A stretch of 42,308 nt of DNA from assembly GCF_001194135.2 (NCBI RefSeq), contig NC_068984.1:73953836-73996143 (forward strand), read 5' to 3'. The notes beneath the pieces are model-generated. The model worked only from the letters and a program-made list of their open reading frames with translations. It had not been told where the DNA came from and did not search any database. The DNA is from Octopus bimaculoides (lineage: Eukaryota). The position numbers and the translations under genes were made by a program. Below, in pieces: positions 31,954 to 42,308 of the stretch (positions are counted from its first letter, which is position 1; each line of letters begins with the position of its first letter).

Positions 31954-32689
31954 ATAGTGGATAGCTGCAGAAGCCTCAACGGTATATGTGCAAAGACGCG
32001 AAATGGCGCTATGCATTTTTTCGGGTCTTTACATTTTGCTTGCATGTGTTTTTCAGAAATGAAGGGCCGAACAACTTACCTGAAGAGCAGGCGCGGTCCT
32101 AAGAAATTTTTCAAAGGGAGATCACAAGGTCAGAATGGAATACAATTCCAGTCGAAAAGGGCGTAATGACATTATCTAGAAGGGCCCACTTCTTTTCTTA
32201 GTCCCCGTCCCTGGGGTGGGTTTCTTCTCTGAAGACTTTCTGCTGTTCAGCTCAGTTAAGAGTTCTTTTCCACTGGTTTCTGCTCTTACCCCAGATTGTA
32301 TAATGCAATGTCTTCGGATTGTTTGCTAGTGTAGGTTAATTAGGTTTGAGGATAAATTAGTTGCTATTTCTAGAATGTCAGGCTAATATACTGACACGTC
32401 CTCTACTGCTCCTTATTGCTGTTATTGTTGTTATTGCTGCTGCTGCTGCAACTGCGAATCTTGTACACCACTACGCCTAATTTCTATAGCAGAAGTTCAA
32501 TCTTTTACGGTTTATCACACCGAACAGGCGTCATAAGATAAACTCAAGTAGCACCGATAACTGAATCGCTAAGGCTTTATTTACTTATGGGCTGGTAGGC
32601 AGGTGGGAGAGGGTGGGACGAGATACTCTGCCACACCGGATATAGTCAATCAAACGCACGAGCACATACCATACAAACATACGCGTGTC

Positions 32690-33017
32690 TCCATGCATGT
32701 GTGTGTGTGTCTGTGTGTGTGCGTGCGTGTATGTATATGTGCATTTATAAAGTGACTATACACACACAGACAACACACACGCACATACCACACACACACA
32801 TACACACACACACACACACGCACACACCACACACACACACACACACGCACACACACACACATATGCAATATATACATACATGCATATATGTGTATGTGTG
32901 TGTAGAGCACATATGTATATCAAGTACTTCTATACCGAAGCGTATATGTATGTATGTATGTATGTATGTATATACATACATATGTATATATATATATATG
33001 TACATATATGTATATAC

Positions 33018-33048
<31 letters not shown>

Positions 33049-33307
33049 NNNNNNNNNNNNNNNNNNNNNNNNNNNNNNNNNNNNNNNNNNNNNNNNNNNN
33101 NNNNNNNNNNNNNNNNNNNNNNNNNNNNNNNNNNNNNNNNNNNNNNNNNNNNNNNNNNNNNNNNNNNNNNNNNNNNNNNNNNNNNNNNNNNNNNNNNNNN
33201 NNNNNNNNNNNNNNNNNNNNNNNNNNNNNNNNNNNNNNNNNNNNNNNNNNNNNNNNNNNNNNNNNNNNNNNNNNNNNNNNNNNNNNNNNNNNNNNNNNNN
33301 NNNNNNN

Positions 33308-33342
<35 letters not shown>

Positions 33343-33540
33343 TATGTGTGTGTGTAATTATACATACACACATGCAGATATATAGGCTCACAGATCTATT
33401 GATACATACAAAACACACGCGCACACACATGCACATGCGCGTGCGCACCCCGTACGCACACACACACACACACACACATACACACACATACACGCACACA
33501 CACACAAGCGCAGATACACACTCACACACACACACATGCG
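32690..33540. repeat. Compound (TG)n/(CA)n/(TATG)n/(TA)n array spanning a gap
   Basis: Directly visible. Confidence 0.9.
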
Positions 33541-34959
33541 CATAAATCTTTTCTTTTTGTCTTACTTTTTAGCTTAACTTCTTCGGATAATCTTTTTGTT
33601 GTTGCTATGCGTTTCCATAGTGTGTACACGTGTTCAAGCGTGTGTGTTTGTATGCATGTGTATATGTGAATAAGTACGCATGTATGTCCGCATATATATA
33701 TATTTTAAGTATGTTTACGCGTGTATCTATGCGTATTTATATATATGTATGCCGCTGTGCATATTAATTGATTCCGTATATGTTTTCGTGTGAGCATCAA
33801 TGTTGAAACAACACTTCAAAATTTGTATGGTTTGTACGGAAATCCTCTACATAAGGTCATTTATATATTGAGGCCTTTCAACGTATCAAAAGGGCGTTTC
33901 GAATAGAAAAAAATTAGGACTCCTTCATTTTTTATCATTTCCGATTAAGTGCTTGGGTCATCTCTGTCCCTGCCCCAAAATGTTTGGCTCGTGCTTATGT
34001 TAGAAATCAAAATTTGCTATGTATTTGGCCTTCGTGTGGAGTGGTGGTAAGCTCATATGAAGCGTGTTTGCAATTGTAGTTTGAGCCCGCTCATTGTTAT
34101 AGTTCTTATTTAGACTTAGATTAGTTCTGATCGAGCAGACATGATTAAAATCGTTTGGGCCATGATTTTTTTGTTGGTGTTTGTTTGTCTTTATGAACAC
34201 TTTATACAATATTTCATTTCTTTTTTTTTCTTTCTTTTAAGAATGCAGAGAGTCATTTGAGGAAAATTTTCGTTACTATTTATTTTATGTAGAACATCAA
34301 TATGCAAGCTTTTTCGTTGACTCATTAGTAAATATTTTGTAAGTTCGCGGTCACTTCGAAGTATTGTATGTTTACAGTTAATCGAAGGGTTAGAGGATTA
34401 TGACTTGAGCCATAAAAACTCTACACTCAACTGTCTCTCGCTCTCACTTTCTCTTTCTCCCCCCTCTCTCTCCCACACACACACTATACGCAAACAGTTG
34501 TATCGACATGCAACATATGTAGCTACAGACATTGCTATCATGCGGATACTATCATTGCTGTTGATGGATTGCTAGTGGTGTTGGAAGTGGTTATATTGGT
34601 TTATGTGTTTTTGATGATGGTGAAAATAATAATGGGGATACTGTTGGTGGCAATGGTTGGTACAATGATCTTGTTAATTATATTGTTGTTGCAATTGAGT
34701 TTCTACTCAATACACATTGGTCGAAAATCGAAGTTATATCATTCACCTTTTACAATCCATTAGTTTGCCACATTATCTTGTGTGACTTTTTCAAAATTTC
34801 AGATGGAGTTGTTTACTTTGCTCAAACTATTTATGCTGTTGTTGGTGGTGGTCATTAAGGAGTTGGTGTTTAGTAATGGCGGTGGTTTGAATGGCTTTGA
34901 TGCTTGTGCTGGTTGTGTTTGAGCTGGTGACAGGTAGAAGTGAGGAAAGTTGAATTATG

Positions 34960-35209
34960 CATATACATACACACACGCACGTACACATACATACACTCAC
35001 AGGGAGTGAGAGAGAATGAAAGATAGAGATACACACACACACACACACACGCGCACACATAGATAGATAGATAGATAGATAGATAGGTATACATTATTAC
35101 TAAGAATGGAAAAGGCCCCCATCTCATACAAATTTGCATAGGCAAAAATTCCCCTCAGACTCCATAAATGTGTATAGTGACGCATGCACACATATTACAT
35201 ACCTATATA

Positions 35210-35240
<31 letters not shown>
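34960..35240. repeat. (CA)n, (GATA)n and (TA)n microsatellites
   Basis: Directly visible. Confidence 0.8.
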
Positions 35241-35904
35241 NNNNNNNNNNNNNNNNNNNNNNNNNNNNNNNNNNNNNNNNNNNNNNNNNNNNNNNNNNNN
35301 NNNNNNNNNNNNNNNNNNNNNNNNNNNNNNNNNNNNNNNNNNNNNNNNNNNNNNNNNNNNNNNNNNNNNNNNNNNNNNNNNNNNNNNNNNNNNNNNNNNN
35401 NNNNNNNNNNNNNNNNNNNNNNACTTATCCAAGTTTTCGTAAGAACAAAATTACAAAGTGTATCCTGGAATTTGTGCTCATACTGTACAGTGTCAATATG
35501 CGAGCAATCCTCTCTCCTGAGAGGATTGCTAGCTGTAATGTAGGTAGGCATTTAAACTTGGTCATTATTACTGCACTACATATGTGATAATGACATTTTG
35601 GTCTGAAATTGCTGTCAACTCCAGCTGCAAATGGGCACCATATAGCAATGAACCTTCTTCAAACTATTTGTTGTTACACCCAACATTACAAGAATTCAGG
35701 ACTTGGAGATAGTTTCTTGCTGTAGTTTTGGTGATGGTTTTGACCTTGGTTAGCTTTATTACTCTGTTATTGTCGCGACTGCGCTTGTTGTGATGGTTAA
35801 GAATTAAAGTTGCGGCTGTGGCTGTACTTAAAGCAGTGCTTTAAACTTGATTGTGAATGTCTCTATGATAGTCGTTTTCTCGGTTTTGTCAAATGTGTGG
35901 GCGC

Positions 35905-36580
35905 ATACATACATACATACATACATGTATATATATGTATATATATATATATATATATATACATACATATATATACACAGGCATACATATATCTATATCT
36001 ATCAATCTATATATATATATTTGTTCATAGAAAAACATGTAATCGTTACCAATATAGCAAGAGATTTCACCGCAAAAAAGTCTAAAGTAGACTCCTTAAG
36101 GGTCGTTCTCCTCGGTTATATATCCAAAGTTTTAAATTTAAATTAAAAATTTATATATATATATATATATATACATATATATAAAAGATAAATGCATATA
36201 TATGTTTGTGTGTACATACGCTTGTATGCAAATCTAGAGAGAGGAGGGGGTGGAGTGAGTGTGAAGGAGAGGAAGAGAGAGTGAGAGAAAGAGATGAAAA
36301 GTGAGTGTGAGAGTGAGAGGGAGGGAGGGAGAGTGAGTGAGATGGCAGATAGCCAGCCAATTGCATTATGCTGTCTCTCTTCACGTAGTGAGTGGAAGTG
36401 AGAGTTGGAGAGAAAGAAAAAGAGAGAAACGTTAACGACGTGAAGAATGGGTTTACATGGTTAACAATTTTGTTGAAGTAAAAGGTAGAGATGAAGAGAG
36501 ACAGAGAGGAAGAGAGAACGGGAGAGAAAGAAAGAGAGAGAGAAAGTGAGAGGAAGAGACACAGAGAAAAAGAGAGAAGA
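35905..36580. repeat. (TA)n arrays and GA-rich low-complexity tract
   Basis: Directly visible. Confidence 0.75.
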
Positions 36581-36929
36581 ATAAAATGTTTCGCAAAGGA
36601 AAACAAGTTAGCAAAATGGCCGTCGATGTAATTTGTTTTCAAAATTTGCTATAGAGTTGAAAGTATCATGCAAATAGAAACGTTGTGTACTATATATTCC
36701 CTATATAGTTTTGTGTACATTAATTATATATAATGTAAAGTAATTATTACAAAATATTGCGTAATAAGGAATATGCAATCATATATTGATCTTACAGTTT
36801 CAACAGAATTAAATACTAACGAATGATAAGAGTATTAAGTATTTTATATTTTGCTATTGTATATTTTTGTATCATTTATTGCACAGGTAACAATAAGATT
36901 TATATCCGATAAAAATGCAAGTTATCCTT

Positions 36930-37270
36930 TCTTTCTTAAACTGCTTCTCTTAATTTCTTCGTTCCGTGGGATTTCCACGGATTCTTCTAGCATTTATCAT
37001 TCTGTAAGAAGAATAGTGTGACGTGAGTTCGAAATTTACGTTTGCTTAGTCTTCATCGGACTGCGATGCATTTAGGTTCGCCTTGACTTTATATAGCATC
37101 TGGAAGTTTACGTTTTGTGGGGTAAGCTGTGCTCTATTGAATAATGATTAGGTTGTAGAATAAGTTCTGATGGAAAGATATCGTGGAAGATTTTTATTGA
37201 TTAAATTTGGAGCTTTGTTATTATTCAGCATTCAGTCATGTGTGTAAAACTTTTTGATCAGGTGTGTCTA
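36930..37270 (-). pseudogene. Possible CR1-type LINE 3' remnant
   Basis: Minus translation ...LNNNKAP...; H.FF.YRMINA resembles the CR1 terminal FFSxRVINxWN motif. Very degenerate. Confidence 0.25.
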
Positions 37271-37440
37271 AGTGTGTCAGCGTCATATCTTGGGTTGTTT
37301 TACAGGTGTTCACAAAAATGTAAGTAGGTGAAAGGTAAATAGACCAGCAGATGTGCAACCAGTTTAAGTTCTTGTTGATTTTATTTAAACACTAATGAGA
37401 GATTAAACAGTTTGTTATTTCTACAAGCATGTTAAATCTC

Positions 37441-37830
37441 CCAGGTGTGGCTGTGTGGTAAGAGGCTTGATTTCCAACCGCATGGTTCCGGTCTCAGTCC
37501 CACTGCGTGGCACATTGTAATGTAGGTAAGCACTACTATAGCCTTGGACCGACCAAATCCTTGTGAGTGGATATGTTAGACAGGAACTGAAAGAAGCCTG
37601 TCGTATATACATATGTATATATCTATGTGTGTGTGTCTTTGCGTCTGTGGTCCCCCCCCACACACACACCACCATCACAACCACCACGAGTGATAACCAG
37701 TGTTAGAGTATTCACGTCTTCCTAACTTAGCAGTTCGGCAAAAACTAGCAATAGAATAAGTACCAGGCTTTAAAAAAACCTGGGGTTGATTCGTTCGACT
37801 AAAATTCCTCAAGCCAGTACCCCAGCAAAC
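37441..37830 (+). mobile_element. SINE family B, diverged copy
   Basis: caggtgtggctgtgtggtaagaggcttg...ccttgtgagtggat...gaaagaagcctgtcgtatatac(TA/TG array)...gttcggcaaaaactagcaatagaataagtaccaggc. Confidence 0.85.
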
Positions 37831-38184
37831 GATAAAAGATTAAGTTCAAATAAATCTAACAACAACAAAAATTAGTTCCACATATGTTGATTTCGCGTAC
37901 CTACATTCTTTTAATCTGATGAACGGTTAGACAACTGTCTGATGAGCGGTTACATATAACACCGAGTAACAGTTTGTGAAATTCTTTTTCGGCTTAGAAT
38001 GTAACGGCATACGTACTTCACTGACTTTCGACTCCTTCCTCCTTTTCCTTCTGGAATTTTCCCTCTTTCCGAAACGCCACTCCTATGCTTCCATCAAAAA
38101 TCTTTCACTGTGTGTCAATCTTATATACTGCGTTCTTCCGACTTTTGTTGTTCTGCCTGCTTTAAATTTTTGACTTACTTGTAT

Positions 38185-38247
38185 TCTTTGTGTGTGTTTG
38201 TGTGTGTTTGTGTGTGTGTGTGTGTCTGTGTGTGTATGCATATACAT

Positions 38248-38286
<39 letters not shown>

Positions 38287-38471
38287 NNNNNNNNNNNNNN
38301 NNNNNNNNNNNNNNNNNNNNNNNNNNNNNNNNNNNNNNNNNNNNNNNNNNNNNNNNNNNNNNNNNNNNNNNNNNNNNNNNNNNNNNNNNNNNNNNNNNNN
38401 NNNNNNNNNNNNNNNNNNNNNNNNNTATGTATGTATGTATGTATGTATGTATGTATGTATGTATGTATGTA

Positions 38472-38509
<38 letters not shown>
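38185..38509. repeat. Compound (TG)n/(CA)n/(TA)n/(TATG)n/(GA)n array spanning a gap
   Basis: Directly visible. Confidence 0.9.
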
Positions 38510-38513
<4 letters not shown>

Positions 38514-39366
38514 CAAAAAATGGAATAAGAACGTAACAGACGACAACAAAACATCCGGACAGTTAGACAATACAAAAAAAGACAGGAAAAAACAAGAACG
38601 GTTCATTTGGAGTTTTCTATCATCAGTCGAGTTCCAGATTTTCTCAGCAGTTTCGGCCGCTTACACGCGGGACTACTCCAATCTGGCCCGCCCCAAGAAA
38701 CTCTAAGCTAAGAGCCCTAAATTCCTTGGAAGAAAGCAAGCGAATGTATGCGAAAACAAGAACGAAAAAATAACACGGAGAAATAGTACACGAATACAAA
38801 TACAAACAGCAGGACATTAACAACAGGTGTCTTTCGACTATGGACGAATTAAATTAAGCTGGTGTGTGTGGAACATAAGAGGTGAAAGTCATGAGAAGAA
38901 ATATAGATGTTGCACGGATGGCAGTCGAACCAAGAAAGAAAGGTCAACCTTGGCGGAACACCGGTCGCGTGGAAGGAAAGGAGAGAGTTAGAGGCATAGG
39001 AATAGAAGAATTAAGGAGGGACGAGAAAGAAAGAAAAAGAAAAGGGACAAAGTGAAGTAAAAGAGGTGGGAAGGTGAGAATGAAGGGAAGGCCAAGAAAT
39101 GTGAGTAAGGGGAAGCGAGAAAAAGAAAAGTGGAAAAAACGAAGTAAGTGTGAAAGAATAAGAGAGTCGCACAGAATTTAGATATATATACATATATATA
39201 TATACTTACATATAAGAAACCAAAAGTGTACGTACTCCGCTATATGTATATATAAAAAAAAACGAAAAAATGGGACAAGTACGTAATAAGCGACAACAAA
39301 ACACCCGGACAGTTAGATGATACAAAAAAAAGGACAGGAGAAACAATGACGGGTCAGTCGAGTTCC
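38510..39366. mobile_element. ~860-bp element bounded by ~110-125-bp direct repeats (unclassified; pLTR/LTR-like)
   Basis: 38510-38635 and 39259-39366 are direct repeats (acgta...gacaacaaaaca(t/c)ccggacagttaga...tacaaaaaaa..gacagga...gtcgagttcc). Strongly purine-biased interior with no ORF. Confidence 0.6.
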
Positions 39367-39682
39367 AATATATATGTATGTATGTTTGTATATATATATA
39401 TATATATATATATNNNNNNNNNNNNNNNNNNNNNNNNNNNNNNNNNNNNNNNNNNNNNNNNNNNNNNNNNNNNNNNNNNNNNNNNNNNNNNNNNNNNNNN
39501 NNNNNNNNNNNNNNNNNNNNNNNNNNNNNNNNNNNNNNNNNNNNNNNNNNNNNNNNNNNNNNNNNNNNNNNNNNNNNNNNNNNNNNNNNNNNNNNNNNNN
39601 NNNNNNNNNNNNNNNNNNNNNNNNNNNNNNNNNNNNNNNNNNNNNNNNNNNNNNNNNNNNTATATATATATATATATATATA

Positions 39683-39736
<54 letters not shown>

Positions 39737-39762
39737 TGTATATATTCACTCACACACACACA

Positions 39763-39978
39763 CGTGTAGGGTGCTGAGAAGTTCCTGGGCTTTAAAGGTG
39801 TTGTGAAAGGCCTGGCTGGAGACGGAAACTTTCGAGGTCTTTTATAGGGCTTAGAAAAATTGAAGGACCGCTGCAATACGTTTTGTCAATCTCATAGGGG
39901 AATATGTTGAATAAAATCATAATCAATTTATCATCCTATATCTTTTACCAAAACCAGGAACTTTTCAGTACACCCTTG
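39763..39978 (+). mobile_element. Mariner-derived MITE, second copy
   Basis: gggtgctgagaagttcctgg...ccaggaacttttcagtacaccc TIRs; interior GLEKLKDRCNT-VNLIGEYVE*. Confidence 0.8.
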
Positions 39979-39979
39979 T

Positions 39980-40330
39980 CTATATATGTATGTATGTATG
40001 TATGTGTGTATGTATGTATGTATGTATGTATGTATGTTTGTATGTTTGTATGTATGTATGTATGTTTGCATGCATGTACGTATGTACGTATATATATGTG
40101 TGTATCTGACTGTCTGTATCTCTCTCTCTATATATATACACACATACACGTATATATAGTTTCTTTCCTCTCTCATTTACTCTGCTATGATATCATTATT
40201 TTATATAGAGCGGCAATAACTACTTTCTATTTTACTCTCTCTCTCTCTCTCTCTCTCACTCTCTCTCTCTCTCTTATTCCCTCTTCTCTTATTCCCTCTT
40301 CTCTTATTCCCTCTTCTCTTTTCCCTTTTT
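39980..40330. repeat. (TATG)n, (CT)n and 15-bp (TTATTCCCTCTTCTC)x3 repeats
   Basis: Directly visible. Confidence 0.85.
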
Positions 40331-40769
40331 CTCCTCCTCCCTGTCTCTAATCTCTTGCTCTCTTCCTCCTATACAAAACTTATGCACTTCATCTTCCTTC
40401 TGCCTCTCCCCATCACTTTTCTACTTCAACTTGTCTGTCTTATCGTCTGCTTTCTTTCTCATGCTGTCGTCTGTCTTTCTACATTATGCATTAACACGCG
40501 TGCATGCATGTTAAACGGTTTAATATTCATTTTATTTAAGGAGGTGGGTGGTAGAACTATGAAAGAACCGGGAAAATCCAGCTAGATGTAGACTTAGAAT
40601 TTCATCCATCATTCAGATTTTAATCAAATAAGTACCGGTTAGAACAGACGCTAAAGCTGACAAATTGCAGTCGAAAGTAACTAGTGATAATCTGCGTTGG
40701 TATGTGCATGCATACATTTATTGACATATATGTACATATACAGGCACATGCATATCTATCTATCCATCC

Positions 40770-40812
40770 ATTGATACATACATACATACATATATATATT
40801 TATATACGCGCG

Positions 40813-40892
<80 letters not shown>

Positions 40893-41483
40893 NNNNNNNN
40901 NNNNNNNNNNNNNNNNNNNNNNNNNNNNNNNNNNNNNNNNNNNNNNNNNNNNNNNNNNNNNNNNNNNNNNNNNNNNNNNNNNNNNNNNNNNNNNNNNNNN
41001 NNNNNNNNNNNNNNNNNNNNNNNNNNNNNNNNNNNNNNNNNNNNNNNNNNNNNNNNNNNNNNNNNNNNNNNNNNNNNNNNNNNNNNNNNNNNNNNNNNNN
41101 NNNNNNNNNNNNNNNNNNNNNNNNNNNNNNNNNNNNNNNNNNNNNNNNNNNNNNNNNNNNNNNNNNNNNNNNNNNNNNNNNNNNNNNNNNNNNNNNNNNN
41201 NNNNNNNNNNNNNNNNNNNNNNNNNNNNNNNNNNNNNNNNNNNNNNNNNNNNNNNNNNNNNNNNNNNNNNNNNNNNNNNNNNNNNNNNNNNNNNNNNNNN
41301 NNNNNNNNNNNNNNNNNNNNNNNNNNNNNNNNNNNNNNNNNNNNNNNNNNNNNNNNNNNNNNNNNNNNNNNNNNNNNNNNNNNNNNNNNNNNNNNNNNNN
41401 NNNNNNNNNNNNNNNNNNNNNNNNNNNNNNNNNNNNNNNNNNNNNNNNNNNNNNNNNNNNNNNNNNNNNNNNNNNNNNNNNNN

Positions 41484-41544
<61 letters not shown>

Positions 41545-41580
41545 TGTGTGTATGTATATGTATGTGTATGTATATATATA
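40770..41580. repeat. (CA)n/(TA)n and (TG)n arrays flanking a gap
   Basis: Directly visible. Confidence 0.9.
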
Positions 41581-41639
41581 ATTGAAAGAAATAAAGCCAG
41601 CAACAAGGTTAGATATTTATTCTTTAATCGCTACAATTG

Positions 41640-41989
41640 TTTCCATGCAACGTAGTTCTCCAAGAATATAGGTACTTTATTATGCAGCTGTTTCTTTGCA
41701 TAAAGGGATCTAGCTATGTTTCCTCAGGCGATATGTGAGTGTTTCCTCCGTCAGTTCAAAATCATCGTCATCTCCTCTGTCTGTCGTGCTTTGAATTTAG
41801 TAGTAACTGATTTTCTCATGGCGTGTGCTTTGAATTGTTGTAAGATTTGAATATGATTGGCATTTCATTTGGTTTGTTCCTTATAGTTGGCTACACATCG
41901 CCTGAAGAAACACAATTAGATCTCATTATGCAAAGAAACAGTTGCATAATAAAGTACCTATATTCTTGGAAAACTACGTTGCGTGGAAA
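41640..41989. mobile_element. 350-bp element with 97-bp inverted arms (MITE-like, unclassified)
   Basis: 41640-41736 is the reverse complement of 41893-41989 with scattered mismatches (tttcca(t/c)gcaacgtagtt(c/t)tccaagaatataggtactttattatgca...). No clear TSD. Confidence 0.7.
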
Positions 41990-42084
41990 GTATGTATAAT
42001 ATTACTAAAGGATAGCACAGGGTAATTCTGAAGGTGGGCGAGATTAATACGACGTTTATAACGAAATATACCATAACTATATAT

Positions 42085-42112
42085 AACAACAACAACAACA
42101 ACAACAACAATA

Positions 42113-42182
<70 letters not shown>

Positions 42183-42308
42183 TAATAATGATAATAATAA
42201 TATATACATATATCTATCTATATGTGTGTGAAAAAATATATATATCTGTATACATGTTTATTATATATATATGTATATATGCATATATACATACATATCT
42301 ACATACAT
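42085..42308. repeat. (AAC)n/(AAT)n then (TA)n microsatellites
   Basis: Directly visible. Confidence 0.95.

Noticed and set aside
38600-38660. CTGATGA and GAAAC motifs on the minus strand as a second hammerhead
   Set aside because: Stems I-III cannot be formed in any of the three topologies from this copy.
41893-41950. CTGAAGA...GAAAC in the 97-bp inverted repeat as a hammerhead
   Set aside because: No stem II pairing between the boxes; the local hairpin is ttatgca/tgcataa instead.

Overview
AT-rich, repeat-saturated eukaryotic scaffold with many N gaps, most of them bordered by microsatellites. I see no confidently identifiable host gene, rRNA, true tRNA or CRISPR array. The mix of tRNA-derived SINE families and the microsatellite load resembles what I recall from coleoid cephalopod (Octopus-like) assemblies; this is an inference, not a database result. 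Content: about 20 copies or fragments of four SINE families (my own labels A-D), degenerate RT remnants of CR1/L2/Jockey-type LINEs, and five pieces of an RLE-type (R4/Dong-like) LINE. There are also mariner remnants and MITEs, a 1.84-kb foldback DNA transposon with a perfect 8-bp TSD, and many simple repeats. Highlights: (1) a ~250-bp palindrome whose arms carry a minimal type I hammerhead ribozyme motif, intact on the minus strand, Penelope/retrozyme-like; (2) an ORF1/gag-like single-ORF retroelement whose 3' tail matches the alternative tail of one SINE copy, suggesting a shared LINE partner; (3) several inversion/foldback structures able to form long dsRNA. Most ORFs in the supplied track are artefacts of N runs or microsatellites. 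All alignments and identities were judged by eye.
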